DNA of 64,000 bases from Candidatus Latescibacterota bacterium (GCA_965226795.1 CBDDDZ010000005.1:2496001-2560000), one strand, 5' to 3'. Shown: positions 10,280 through 20,593, counted from the first letter of the stretch. The notes: generated by a model not told the origin, from the letters alone. Numbers and translations are program-made.

Positions 10280-11646
10280 ACGTTGTCTTTATCGTGCTCG
10301 ATAGTTTCCGGCAGGATCACGTGAGCCTGTACAACCGTGGGGCCGCGCCCTTTGCCGGCATCGACGCGTGCCAGACGCCCAATATCGACGCATTCGCCGA
10401 GGAGGCTGTCGTATTCGACAATGCCTACCCCGAAGCCCTGCCGACCATTCCCATTCGCTGCCAGCTGATGACCGGCCAGCGCACGCTTCACAGCCGCGGC
10501 TGGCAACCCCTCACCCGGGAAGACGTACACGTCGCCCAGATACTCTCCGAAGAGGATTACGTCTGCGGCCTCGTTTCGGATACGTACCACTATCGCGCTC
10601 CCGGGATGAACTACCACCGGGACTTCGCTTCGTACGACTGGATCCGCGGCCAGGAATACGATCCCTGGATCTCGGCGCCGACCAGACGCAATATCGAGGA
10701 CTACGTCAACAGGAACTATCCCGATACCTGGCGCCGGCGCATCTCTCAATTCCTGGCCAACACAGATGGCTTCGACTCGGCCGAAGACGGATTTGCGTGG
10801 AAAGTGGTCGACAGCGCCACTGACTGGCTGGAATCGAACCGCGCGCATGAAAACGTCATGCTCTGGGTGGATTCGTTCGATCCTCACGAACCCTGGGATC
10901 CCATTCCGGATTTCGACGCCTACACCGATCCCGGTTACCGCGGCCCCCGCCTCATTATGCCGGTGGGAGGGCCGTCGGAAGATTGGGCCTCGCCCGACGA
11001 GATCTCCCATATCCAGGGTCTCTACGCAGGAGAATGCGCCTTTGTGGACCACTGTCTCGGGCGGCTCTTCGAAGCCCTGAGAAACCTGGGATATTACGAC
11101 GACAGCGTTATTTTTTTGCTGGCCGACCACGGACATCCACTGAACGACCACGGGAAATTCCTCAAGGGCGCGGACCGGATGTACAACGAACTGCTCAAGG
11201 TTCCGTTCATCGTCCGACTGCCGGGAGGGAAACACGGTGGTCGGCGGACTTCCGCGATCGTACAGTTTCAGGACGTGCTGCCCACCCTCCTCGATGCACT
11301 CGACCTGCGCGGCAACACCGACGCAATGGCGGGTCGCAGCTTTATGCCCGTGCTCACCGGAGATGCGGATGAACACCGGCGGCAGATCATCACCGGTTAC
11401 CACAGCGGAATCGACCGCTGCACCCGAGACAACACCTGGAGTTATATCCAGCGCCCGCCGGGGGAGCCCGATGAGCTGTACCATCTTCCGGACGATCCCG
11501 GGGAACGAGTCAACCTCGTCGACGATCACCCCGACGAGGCCCTGCGCCTGACCGCCGCGTTCGGCAGGGTATTCAAGCGCCGATCCTCGAATACGGTCAA
11601 AGGGGTCCAGGGGGAATATGAAATGGCCTCATCGAGCATCGAGTAA
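10276..11646 (+). CDS. Sulfatase-like hydrolase (alkaline phosphatase superfamily) with Thr at the nucleophile position
   Basis: MNVVFIVLDSFRQDH, TPNIDAFA, PTIPIRCQLMTG, FDPHEPW, LADHG, ELYHLPDDPGE. ATGA overlap with the upstream stop. Confidence 0.88.
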   Translation: MNVVFIVLDSFRQDHVSLYNRGAAPFAGIDACQTPNIDAFAEEAVVFDNAYPEALPTIPIRCQLMTGQRTLHSRGWQPLTREDVHVAQILSEEDYVCGLVSDTYHYRAPGMNYHRDFASYDWIRGQEYDPWISAPTRRNIEDYVNRNYPDTWRRRISQFLANTDGFDSAEDGFAWKVVDSATDWLESNRAHENVMLWVDSFDPHEPWDPIPDFDAYTDPGYRGPRLIMPVGGPSEDWASPDEISHIQGLYAGECAFVDHCLGRLFEALRNLGYYDDSVIFLLADHGHPLNDHGKFLKGADRMYNELLKVPFIVRLPGGKHGGRRTSAIVQFQDVLPTLLDALDLRGNTDAMAGRSFMPVLTGDADEHRRQIITGYHSGIDRCTRDNTWSYIQRPPGEPDELYHLPDDPGERVNLVDDHPDEALRLTAAFGRVFKRRSSNTVKGVQGEYEMASSSIE

Positions 11647-11737
11647 CCCAACGCACCCCTGGCGCCCGCAAGCGCGGCGGCGGCCTTTCCCGCACTCGAT
11701 CCATCGCTGCTATGTTCACACTAAAGAAGGAGACCCT

Positions 11738-12478
11738 GTGGAAAATCCCGTGAAAGCGAAACTCTCGAAGGGCGAACTGTCCCTTGGAGGCTGGTTGAAC
11801 CTCGGTTCCCCGCTGGCCGCCGAACTCATGGCCGCCGCCGGCTACGAGTGGCTGGCCGTAGACGCGGAACACTCGCCGTTTGACATCCCCCTGATCGCGG
11901 ACACGTTCCGGGCGATCGAGGCCCGAGGCGCCGTACCCTTCGTCCGCGCGTGGGACCACGATCCAGTCTCGCTTGCCCGCATCCTGGACGCCGGCGCGTA
12001 CGGCATCATCGTGCCGCACGTGAGCACGCCGCGACAGGCCGAAGCACTGGTACAGGCCATGCGCTATCCTCCTAAGGGCGCCCGCTCCGCCGGTACTGGT
12101 CGGGTCGCCGTCTACGGCGACGAATATCGCCAGGGCGCCAACGATGCGGTGATGGTCGTGCCTCAGATCGAAGACATGGAAGGGATCAACAACACGGAAG
12201 CCATCATGTCCGTCGAGGGAATCGACGTCGGATTCCTCGGACCCGGCGACCTGGCCCTCTCAATGGGTGTGAACCGGGGCCACCCCGACCACGAAAATGC
12301 CATACAGACATTCGTATCCGGCTGCAGGAACGCGGGTAAACCCTACGGGATGCCCGAACGAGGTCCGGACATTGTCAGGAAACGCATCCGGGAGGGATTT
12401 ACGTTCTTAGACATCGCCAGCGACCTGCGCACCCTCGAAGCCGGAGTGCAGAAGGCACTGGCCGACATCAGAACCTGA
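11738..12478 (+). CDS. HpcH/HpaI class II aldolase
   Basis: AVDAEHSP, ILDAGAYGIIVPHV, RYPPKGARS, QIED, FLGPGDL. AAGGAG RBS before GTG 11738. Confidence 0.9.
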   Translation: MENPVKAKLSKGELSLGGWLNLGSPLAAELMAAAGYEWLAVDAEHSPFDIPLIADTFRAIEARGAVPFVRAWDHDPVSLARILDAGAYGIIVPHVSTPRQAEALVQAMRYPPKGARSAGTGRVAVYGDEYRQGANDAVMVVPQIEDMEGINNTEAIMSVEGIDVGFLGPGDLALSMGVNRGHPDHENAIQTFVSGCRNAGKPYGMPERGPDIVRKRIREGFTFLDIASDLRTLEAGVQKALADIRT

Positions 12479-12528
12479 AAGAAACCGGCTAGGGGCTCCC
12501 TCCCGCCTCGTGTCGCGCATTAAACATG

Positions 12529-12561
12529 AAGCCCGGCAAACCGGCCGGGCCTTTCTTTTTC
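12529..12561 (+). terminator. Rho-independent terminator
   Basis: GCCCGGC-loop-GCCGGGC followed by CTTTCTTTTT. Confidence 0.7.
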
Positions 12562-12662
12562 AGTACCTGAATGAAGTAATGTTAAATACTATATTGATAA
12601 AATAGATATTATTTTTTATATTATCTATAACTTATTAAATAATCATAAATGTGGAATACACA

Positions 12663-12947
12663 ATGTCAAATAGATCCCTTCCCATTCGGTGCCCCAGTTG
12701 TGCCCATGAATTGCACGTTGTCCGGCTCGGTTGCGACCATTGCGGTACGGTCGTGCAGGGCTGTTTTGCTCTCCCGATCCTGACGCGCCTGTGTCCCGGA
12801 GACCGTTCGCTAATACTGAACCTGGTTAAATCCAGCGGGAACCTCAAAGATCTCGCCAGGCTTTATGGCGTCTCCTATCCGACCGTTCGCAACCGTCTCG
12901 ACGCACTGATCGAAAAGATCGGTGAGATAGAAGCAGGCGCAGGATAG
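12663..12947 (+). CDS. DUF2089-type Zn-ribbon + HTH protein (putative regulator)
   Basis: CPSC...CDHC, then SGNLKDLARLYGVSYPTVRNRLDALI. Confidence 0.88.
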   Translation: MSNRSLPIRCPSCAHELHVVRLGCDHCGTVVQGCFALPILTRLCPGDRSLILNLVKSSGNLKDLARLYGVSYPTVRNRLDALIEKIGEIEAGAG

Positions 12948-13007
12948 GCCCCGATTCGCCGTCAACGGCCCGCGGGGTACCTATTGAATGTCTCCAGGGA
13001 GGTCAAA

Positions 13008-13676
13008 ATGGAAATGTCGGAAAGCGCACCCTCGAACGAATTGAAGACGTGGCTCTTCAACCCGTTTCATTACATCGCCGGGGGCAGGGCCCTCGGCATC
13101 GGGCTAATCGTCATGCTCATCGCCAGCCTCGCTGGCGCAGCCACGAAATTCCACTTCGACGGTGTCATCGACCTTCATTCGGGTACGCAAGCGCCGAAAT
13201 GGGTGTTTGTTTCAGAGAACCTGATCAACTGGCTTGTCATGGGGGTTCTGCTTTCCTGTGCCGGGCGGTTGATTTCCAGGAGCCGCATCCGCCCCCTGGA
13301 TGTTTTCGGGACGCAGGCACTGGCGCGGACACCGATGGGTATCATGCTGTTTTGCGTGCTCCTCCCCGGTTTCCGGAGGGTTTCGGAACACCTCGCCGCG
13401 CAGCTGACACAGGGAGGCGACCACCTTCAATCCGATCCCTCCGGGCGTGTACTCACGTCCTTCACACAGGTCCAAATGCTCGACATGGCCGTCTTCGTTC
13501 TGGTCGTCATTCTGGCGCTGTTGCTGATTGTCTGGACAGTCCTATTGATGTACCGTGCTTTCGCCGTCGCCTGCAACGTCGGTGGTGGCCGGGCCATCGG
13601 CATGTTCGTGACGGCTATCTTGATCGGTGAAGGCATTTCCAAGTGGCTCATCGGCGCGCTCCTTTCCACAATATAG
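13008..13676 (+). CDS. Integral membrane protein (Yip1-like), partner of DUF2089
   Basis: About five hydrophobic segments, LFNPFHYIAG, HFDGVIDLH; GGAGG RBS. Confidence 0.7.
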   Translation: MEMSESAPSNELKTWLFNPFHYIAGGRALGIGLIVMLIASLAGAATKFHFDGVIDLHSGTQAPKWVFVSENLINWLVMGVLLSCAGRLISRSRIRPLDVFGTQALARTPMGIMLFCVLLPGFRRVSEHLAAQLTQGGDHLQSDPSGRVLTSFTQVQMLDMAVFVLVVILALLLIVWTVLLMYRAFAVACNVGGGRAIGMFVTAILIGEGISKWLIGALLSTI

Positions 13677-13712
13677 AACTCGCCGACCCACAAGACTGGA
13701 TCGGCGAGTTCT
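13675..13712. terminator. Hairpin between convergent genes
   Basis: Perfect 12-bp inverted repeat AGAACTCGCCGA/TCGGCGAGTTCT; no long U tract. Confidence 0.5.
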
Positions 13713-13782
13713 CACGCCCATACGGTTGTCCAAGATCGGATGGTCCCCGCCCCGTGGAACAGGCCATCCTATATGCAATATA

Positions 13783-15078
13783 TCAGACCAGATTTCCATC
13801 CGCGCGGCTGTTTGGTCCATTCACCACAACGGGTTCCCGCATCCCCACACACATATTGCCGCCAATCAAGTTGTAGTCGCTGGATCCGCTCTCCACGATA
13901 CCGCCCTCCTGCGTGGGATTCGCCTGGTCGTCGGCGCAACGGTTGCCCTGGACGATCGTCCGCTCGAGATCGTGCAGCCGAATCCCCGGCCAGCGACCGG
14001 GCGCCTCCTGCGAATTGCTCAGCAACAGGTTTCCCGAGATAACCTGCTCCTCGCCCCGGTTGGCATCAATCCCGCAGCGCCCGTTGTACGCGCAGACATT
14101 GTCGCTGACGATGTTGTGGTGGTCGCCGCCGTTCGCCACTCCGCCGATCCCGTGCTGACCGTTGTGCGAAAACACACTGTCGCTGCACACCGTATGGTGC
14201 ACACGGGCGCAGAAGAAAAAACCGTCGCCGCCGTTGTCTTCCGCGATATTGTGCGACCAGACGCTCGCGCGCAGCCCGGTACCAGGATGGAACCCGTGCC
14301 CGCGGCAACCATGCGCCTGGCATTGCATGACCTGGACGTCGCTACCTCTCTGAATGCCGAATCCGTCGCTCGGCCAGCCGGATACCGTGCAATTTACCAC
14401 CCGCACACGCCGGCAGCCCACCAGATGGACCGCCGCGTAGGTAAAATCCCACCAGGGCCCCCTGTATTGTTCGGGACCCCGTATGTTGAGACCCTGAATC
14501 TCGAAATCGACCGCATCCAGCGCGTAAATCGCAGGGAACAGCCGAACGGCCCGCGCGTTTTCAGCCAACTTCAACTCCCGTTCCATCGGCACGTTCAACC
14601 GCACCCGGGTCCCGCATCGCTCCTGCACGATTCCGTGTGTACCGTGCCAACCGTACTGCCGATCGTCGCATAGTCCGATGGCGTCACCCACCTCAAAGGG
14701 CGGAAGCATGTCGCATTCGAACTCGTATTCGTCTTCGCGGGCGTCGTTCTTGAGGGCCACGGTTTCCGCCGGCTGTATCGCCAGAACGGTTGCCGGCCCA
14801 TCGCCGACCAGGCTCACACATTGGCGCAGATAGACGGATTGCCGCAACAGGTATGTGCCCGGCGGCACGCGGACCCGTCCTCCCGCCGAGGACAGAGACG
14901 CGACCGCCTCGGCAATCCCGCACGTCGGAGAGGCCGGATCGTAAAAATCCGCGACATTGACTTCGGACTGCCGTACCGGCGACCCCGCCATCATCGCTCT
15001 CCCCATGCAAAAAAGGGGCGCCCACAACAGCGCCCCGTTCCACGCCTCGGTTCCTCGCTCAAACCGCCGGCGATTCAA
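13783..15078 (-). CDS. Right-handed parallel beta-helix protein (pectate lyase-like fold)
   Basis: GGRVRVPPGTYLL, SLVGDGPATVL, repeated N-G-x-x-G-I coils. Start uncertain. Confidence 0.8.
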   Translation of the reverse strand: MNRRRFERGTEAWNGALLWAPLFCMGRAMMAGSPVRQSEVNVADFYDPASPTCGIAEAVASLSSAGGRVRVPPGTYLLRQSVYLRQCVSLVGDGPATVLAIQPAETVALKNDAREDEYEFECDMLPPFEVGDAIGLCDDRQYGWHGTHGIVQERCGTRVRLNVPMERELKLAENARAVRLFPAIYALDAVDFEIQGLNIRGPEQYRGPWWDFTYAAVHLVGCRRVRVVNCTVSGWPSDGFGIQRGSDVQVMQCQAHGCRGHGFHPGTGLRASVWSHNIAEDNGGDGFFFCARVHHTVCSDSVFSHNGQHGIGGVANGGDHHNIVSDNVCAYNGRCGIDANRGEEQVISGNLLLSNSQEAPGRWPGIRLHDLERTIVQGNRCADDQANPTQEGGIVESGSSDYNLIGGNMCVGMREPVVVNGPNSRADGNLV

Positions 15079-15787
15079 GAAACACCGTCACGCCCACGTC
15101 GGCGTACTTCGCCCGGTTCTCCGCGGCGCCGATCCGGTGACACACGGCCACTCCGGAGCCCTGAAGGGATTTTGCCACGTAGGCCACGGCATCATCCACT
15201 GACTTCAGGGCGTGATTGGGGTGTGCCATCAGGCTGATCGTCAGGTCGGTGGGTCCGAAAGACAGGCAGTCCACCCCGGGCCTGGCCAGAAGATGCGCCC
15301 GGGTCACGGCCTCTACCGACTCGATCTGCAGCCACAACACCCCGTATGCGCGCCACCAGTCCGCGTAATTAAAGGGATCGGAGAATTCCGACGCCCTGCG
15401 CCGGGCGCCGCCGCCGAAACTTCGAACACCCGCAGGCGGAAAATAAAACGCGTCGATCGCCTCGAACGCGGTCTCATCCGTCTCCGTCTGGGGCACCTCC
15501 ACTCCGCACGGCCCCAGATCCAGGTAATTTCCAATCAGGTACGCGTTCCTGGTGTGTTTTATGCGAAACTGGACAAATACGTCCAATTCCTCCGCGATGC
15601 CGCAGAATTCCTCCAATCGCTCTTCATTCAACGCCGAATGCTGGCTGTCCACGGATACGAAGTCGTACGGACCGCTCTCCACGACCTGCCGGAGTCGCTC
15701 CCGGGACGCATCCGCTGGCAACGTCGTGCCGAAAATCTGCTCTCCGTCACGCATTCGTTTCTTCAGACCAACGGCATTCTCGAACAT
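15059..15787 (-). CDS. HpcH/HpaI aldolase family
   Basis: SVDSQHS, YFPPAGVRSFGG, LQIES, FGPTDL. GGAGGG RBS before ATG 15787. Confidence 0.85.
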   Translation of the reverse strand: MFENAVGLKKRMRDGEQIFGTTLPADASRERLRQVVESGPYDFVSVDSQHSALNEERLEEFCGIAEELDVFVQFRIKHTRNAYLIGNYLDLGPCGVEVPQTETDETAFEAIDAFYFPPAGVRSFGGGARRRASEFSDPFNYADWWRAYGVLWLQIESVEAVTRAHLLARPGVDCLSFGPTDLTISLMAHPNHALKSVDDAVAYVAKSLQGSGVAVCHRIGAAENRAKYADVGVTVFLESPAV

Positions 15788-15892
15788 ACACCCTCCGGTT
15801 ATGTCAAGTGTCGAATGAGAAAATCGAAATTCAGGGGATGGTTCGTAATTCTCCGGTCTCCACCGGTTTTTTCCTCCTGACCTACAGCCGCC

Positions 15893-15977
15893 AGACGTGA
15901 GACGTGAAAACCAGGCGAACCACACAACGCCCCTATGACTTCTCGCCCCCTCTTTCCTCTAACGTCTTACGTCTCAC
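15893..15977. repeat. Heptamer (AGACGTG/A) inverted-repeat element, copy 1
   Basis: AGACGTG-AGACGTG at 15893 and ACGTCTT-ACGTCTC-AC at 15962. Confidence 0.65.
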
Positions 15978-15980
15978 AGC

Positions 15981-17222
15981 TTACCGTAAGTCTTTCGCAT
16001 GTGCTCTCACCTTCTCAAATGCCGTGCAGAGATCCTTCATCCTTACTTCGGAGGTAAGCAGAACCGTCTGAGACAGCCAGATCCGGTCTTTACAGGCCTT
16101 CTCCACGTTGGGCAGATGAAGACTCCCATAATCAGGCGCATCGTCCATCTTACTCCAGGCAAAAGGTTTATACGAACTGGTCTTCCAGTCGTTCTGAAAT
16201 ACGGGATTCCGATAGACCGGCTCGGCATAGCCTCCGCTCGCGGGCACCCCTTCCGCCCGAAGCGCCTGCAGAAACCGCTCTCGCGGTACTCCCTCGAACT
16301 CGTCCGCAGCGTACCGGGCGCTGTAAATGTGCCAACTCGCCCCGGTTGCTTCCGGCAGTCTTTCGACCGGCTCGATGCCATCGATCCGCGACAGCGTTCG
16401 AGTCAGCATTGCGGCATTCTGTTCCCGGATATCCGTCTGTTTCCGGACCCGCTCCAACTGGCACAGCAGTATCGCGGCCGCGAAATCCGTCATTCGATGG
16501 TTGCCGCCCCAGCGCAGTCCCTCGGGCGCCCGGTTGAACCGGGACCGCCCCGAATTGATCACGCAACACATTCGGTCGGCCACCTCTTCGTCGTTTGTCA
16601 GCGCGATTCCGCCGTCCCCGCACGTCATGTTTTTGCTTCGCTGAAAACTGAAGCCCGACGCCAGACCCCAACTTCCCAGTCCCCGGCCCATATACGACGC
16701 CCCCCATCCATGGCAGGCGTCTTCGAGCAAGAAAAGATTGTGCCGGTCCGCGATTTTCTGAATCCCTTTCATGTCGCAGGCCAAGCCACCGAAATGAACC
16801 ACCATAATTGCCTTCGTTCGAGGGGTAACCGCCGCTTCAATCGCATTGGGGTCGATATTGTCCGAATTCGGAGCGATGTCCGCGAACGTCGCCGTCGCAC
16901 CAGCGGCCAGAATACCCATGCACGTGCCGTGGAACGTATATGGACTGGTTATCACCTCATCCCCGACGCCGATCTCCGCGCCCCGGCACGCGGCTTCCAG
17001 CGCATTGGTGCCCCCACTGCACACCAGCCCATACGCCGCATCCTGAAAACGGGCGAATTTTTCCTCCAGTTCCAGGCACCTGGGGCCGTAGTTCCAGCTC
17101 CGGCTCCGCAACACCTCCAACAACATGGCCTCTTCGGTCTGGTCGAACTGCGGCCAGGGATCCGCAATCCCCTGAGTCACTACGGGCTCTCCGCCAAACA
17201 ATGCGAGACGGCCGGACATCAC
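15981..17222 (-). CDS. DegT/DnrJ/EryC1/StrS PLP aminotransferase
   Basis: LALFGGEP, GDEVITSPYTF, VVHFGG, EDACHGWG, FSFQRSKNMTCGDGG. Confidence 0.92.
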   Translation of the reverse strand: MMSGRLALFGGEPVVTQGIADPWPQFDQTEEAMLLEVLRSRSWNYGPRCLELEEKFARFQDAAYGLVCSGGTNALEAACRGAEIGVGDEVITSPYTFHGTCMGILAAGATATFADIAPNSDNIDPNAIEAAVTPRTKAIMVVHFGGLACDMKGIQKIADRHNLFLLEDACHGWGASYMGRGLGSWGLASGFSFQRSKNMTCGDGGIALTNDEEVADRMCCVINSGRSRFNRAPEGLRWGGNHRMTDFAAAILLCQLERVRKQTDIREQNAAMLTRTLSRIDGIEPVERLPEATGASWHIYSARYAADEFEGVPRERFLQALRAEGVPASGGYAEPVYRNPVFQNDWKTSSYKPFAWSKMDDAPDYGSLHLPNVEKACKDRIWLSQTVLLTSEVRMKDLCTAFEKVRAHAKDLR

Positions 17223-17249
17223 GCGCCTTTCAGATGGTAGAATTCAACA

Positions 17250-17278
17250 TTGCACATTGGAAAAAGCCGACGTAAATT
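17250..17278 (+). promoter_or_regulatory. Putative sigma70 promoter of the NUDIX gene
   Basis: TTGCAC-17 nt-TAAATT. Confidence 0.4.
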
Positions 17279-17323
17279 CCGAAACCCCGGAGTATCCATT
17301 GACCTTGGGAACGGAGCGTCGAC

Positions 17324-17947
17324 ATGAGAGTCGAAATCAGCAGCCTTTCTACGCCGTACGAATTCCATTCGCCCAATGGGCGTCTGCTTTTCAGCATCGA
17401 GGAAGCCGTGCTCTCACACGAGCGCTTCGACGGCCGGATGAGCCACGCGGTCAAACGGGTGAATTTCAACCGGGGAGACAGCGTTTCCGTGCTCCTTTAT
17501 GCGGAGGATACCGACGAAGTCGTACTGGTCGAACAGTTCCGTTATCCCGTCTATGCGAGCGATCCCGAATCCGAACGGGGGGGCAACGGATGGATCCTGG
17601 AAACCATCGCGGGCGTGAAGGATGCCCGGGGGCCCGACGTCGCCAGGCGCGAATTGCTTGAAGAAACGGGATACGCGCTCAACGGCGCCCTGGAGCGTCT
17701 CACTACCATTTTCGTCAGCCCGGGCGGCACCTCGGAACGCGTCGAACTCTATCTTGCCCGCGTGAGCAGAGTGGAAGGCATCCGCAAGCACGCGGGGCTG
17801 GAGCCCGAAACTGAAGACATCCGCCCTCACACCATCCCCTTCGCAGAAGCCCTTCGCATGGTCGCAGACGGGCGCATCGTGGACTCGAAGACGATTGTCG
17901 CGCTCTATATGCTCAAAGAACGGTTGGACGCACGGCGCAAAACGTAA
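17324..17947 (+). CDS. NUDIX hydrolase, ADP-ribose pyrophosphatase-like
   Basis: VLVEQFRYP, Nudix box AG...ARRELLEETG, SPGGTSE, EDI, IVDSKT. Confidence 0.9.
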   Translation: MRVEISSLSTPYEFHSPNGRLLFSIEEAVLSHERFDGRMSHAVKRVNFNRGDSVSVLLYAEDTDEVVLVEQFRYPVYASDPESERGGNGWILETIAGVKDARGPDVARRELLEETGYALNGALERLTTIFVSPGGTSERVELYLARVSRVEGIRKHAGLEPETEDIRPHTIPFAEALRMVADGRIVDSKTIVALYMLKERLDARRKT

Positions 17948-17960
17948 GAGAACCAGACCA

Positions 17961-19430
17961 TTACAGAAGCCGCCCCTTCCGCACTCGCCGGGCTTCGGGG
18001 TACCGCGCGGCCAATGCCTCCACCGCACTCACGAATCCCTCGGCCTGCGCCTCGGCCATTCCAACAAAGCGCCCGCTCTCACCCACAATATCCTCAATCT
18101 CCCCTGTCGAAAGCGGGATTCGACAGTCATCGCCAAGCCGCTGTGCCAGGTCGTTTTTCTCCCGACCCGCTTCACGCATTTCCAGCGCCACGGCCACCGC
18201 GTGCTCTTTCAGCGCGTCGTGGACCCGTTCGCGCCCGGCGCCTCGCTGGACGGAAGCCATCAACAGCGTGGTTGTGGCCAGGAACGGCATATACCTCGTC
18301 AGTTCATTGCGTATGACCGCCTCGTACACGCCCATGTCGTCGAGTACGTGCAGCGTGGTTTCCAGCATACCGTCAAACGCGAAAATGGCGTCGGGCAATG
18401 CCACCCGCCGTACGACCGAGCAGGACACGTCGCCTTCGAACCACTGGTCGCCGACGAGCCCGCCGGCCATATGAACATATCCGCCCAGAAGCACCTGAAA
18501 CCCGTTGATCCGCTCGGCGCTGCGCGTATTCATCTTATGGGGCATGGCGGACGACCCAACCTGGCCCTTCGCAAACCCCTCGGTTGCGCTCTCCGCGCCG
18601 GCCATCAGCCGCAACGTGCGTGCCAGATTGGCCATACCTCCGCCCAGCTGGTAGAGACAGCTGACGACTTCGAAATCCAGACCCCTCGGGTAAATTTGTC
18701 CCACCGCATTCAACTCTCGTCCAAACCCCAGGTAGACCCGGACCTCCTCCTGAAGCGCTTCCAGCCTATCATGGTCGCCATTTACAAGTGTCAACTGGTC
18801 CAGCGCCGTCCCCACCGCACCCTTCAGCCCCCGTAGCGGATAATTTTCTACGAGATGTTCAAACCGGCGGAATGCGTGCAACATTTCCTCGCCGAACATG
18901 GCGAATCGCTTTCCTACCGTCGTCGGCTGTGCCGCCGCGTGGTGGGTACGGCCCACGATGGGCATCGACTTCCATTCATGCACCCTCTGGCTCAGGCGCA
19001 ACAGTATCGCCACGTACTTCGAAGCCAGGTACCGCAAGGAGCGCAGCACCTGGAACTGCTCCACGTTATCCGTCAGATCCCGGCTGGTCATGCCTTTGTG
19101 AATATGTTCGTGCCCTGCAAGTTCACAGAATTCCTCGATTCGTGCTTTAACGTCGTGCCGGGTCAGGGCTTCCCGGCGTTGTATGGAGGCCAGGTCCACG
19201 TGATCCACGACCCCTTCGTAGGCGCGAATCGCCTCTTCCGGCACATCCAGCCCCAGTTTTCGCTGGGCCCTCATCACCGCGATCCAGAACCGCCTCTCCA
19301 GCACGATTCGACCCTCTTCAGACCAGATCGCCTTGATTTCCGAACTCGCATACCGCCCGGCCAGTACATTCGGTATATTTTCCGCCATCTCTTGCCCTGC
19401 TTTCATTTCCTGGCGATTCTCAGTTGTCAC
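17961..19430 (-). CDS. purB: Adenylosuccinate lyase
   Basis: NVLAGRYAS, TRHDVKA, IHKGMTSRD, signature GSSAMPHKMN. Start may be ATG near 19388. Confidence 0.95.
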   Translation of the reverse strand: MTTENRQEMKAGQEMAENIPNVLAGRYASSEIKAIWSEEGRIVLERRFWIAVMRAQRKLGLDVPEEAIRAYEGVVDHVDLASIQRREALTRHDVKARIEEFCELAGHEHIHKGMTSRDLTDNVEQFQVLRSLRYLASKYVAILLRLSQRVHEWKSMPIVGRTHHAAAQPTTVGKRFAMFGEEMLHAFRRFEHLVENYPLRGLKGAVGTALDQLTLVNGDHDRLEALQEEVRVYLGFGRELNAVGQIYPRGLDFEVVSCLYQLGGGMANLARTLRLMAGAESATEGFAKGQVGSSAMPHKMNTRSAERINGFQVLLGGYVHMAGGLVGDQWFEGDVSCSVVRRVALPDAIFAFDGMLETTLHVLDDMGVYEAVIRNELTRYMPFLATTTLLMASVQRGAGRERVHDALKEHAVAVALEMREAGREKNDLAQRLGDDCRIPLSTGEIEDIVGESGRFVGMAEAQAEGFVSAVEALAARYPEARRVRKGRLL

Positions 19431-20478
19431 TCGACGGTTTGGTAGGATCCGGATGTGCCGGCTTCAAATCCAGCATCTCATCCGCATACGCGAACAATGC
19501 CGGCGTGCCCCCGGTATGCACAAAAACCACCGTCTGGCCCGGTTTCCATTGTCCCTCACGTATATGCCGGACCATCGCCCCGAACGCCTTGCCGGTGTAT
19601 ACCGGATCCAGAATCAGCGCCTCGGTACGCGCTGCCAGCACCACCGCTTCCCGGCTCGCATCCGTCAACGTTCCATACGCCTCGCCCGCAAAAGCACCGT
19701 AGCTCTCGAAATCGGCACCGGTAAACGACAGGTCCAGCGCGAGCATCTCCGCCACCGTGTTTGCCACCCGGGCGAGAAAGGCCGCATCTTTTTCGTCATC
19801 CTGGGGGCTCGGGCTGATCCCTACGACACGGAGCGGTACGCCCAACGCCCGTGCGCCCACGACCAGTCCCACATGCGTGTGCACCCCCGAACAGACGTAA
19901 AGGCCATCGGGATGAATCTCCCGTTCCTGCAGCTGTTCCCACAATTCCAGAAACCCGTCGACGTAAGCTATGCTTCGCAGGTGATATCCGTCCGTGCTCG
20001 TATTGTAGACCCTTTGACCCGCGGCCTTCAGGCGCTCGATGACCCGCTCTTTCTCTTCGGGACGGTCTACGAGGTGGACCTCCGCTCCGAAGAGATGATC
20101 CAGCAGCAGGTTTCCGTTCACAGGATGAGAATGCCCGTCCTTCCGGCCGACCATGACGGCCTTGAGCCCGAAACGAGCCGCCATCGCCGCGGTCAGGCGA
20201 GACTGATTCGACTGGGACGCCGCCCCGTGCAACAAAACGTCGTAGCCCTCCCGGATCGCCGGCGCACACGAAAACTCGAACTCCCGTACCTTATTGCCGC
20301 CGAAGGCCATGCCCGTCTGATCCTCCCTCTTGACCCAGATGCGGGGTCCCCCCAGCTTTTCCGAGAGCCTCGGACATTCCAGGAGCGGCGTGGGAAGGTC
20401 CGCCAGCGACAGACGCGAAAAACGCGCCAGGCGCTTCTTTAACGCTTCGGCTGTAACCACAGGATTCACGACCGCCAT
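19420..20478 (-). CDS. D-cysteine desulfhydrase/ACC deaminase family PLP enzyme
   Basis: PTPL, WVKRED, FGGNKVRE, QSNQSR, LDPVYTGKA, FVHTGG. Confidence 0.9.
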   Translation of the reverse strand: MAVVNPVVTAEALKKRLARFSRLSLADLPTPLLECPRLSEKLGGPRIWVKREDQTGMAFGGNKVREFEFSCAPAIREGYDVLLHGAASQSNQSRLTAAMAARFGLKAVMVGRKDGHSHPVNGNLLLDHLFGAEVHLVDRPEEKERVIERLKAAGQRVYNTSTDGYHLRSIAYVDGFLELWEQLQEREIHPDGLYVCSGVHTHVGLVVGARALGVPLRVVGISPSPQDDEKDAAFLARVANTVAEMLALDLSFTGADFESYGAFAGEAYGTLTDASREAVVLAARTEALILDPVYTGKAFGAMVRHIREGQWKPGQTVVFVHTGGTPALFAYADEMLDLKPAHPDPTKPSSDN

Positions 20479-20593
20479 TCGATCACCTTTCGTTCACCCG
20501 GTCCATGCGGTAGATTCACGCGACATTGCTATTCGGCAGGAAATATAGTTTTCCGGAACATCAGACGCAACGACTATCCCGGAGCGACCATTC

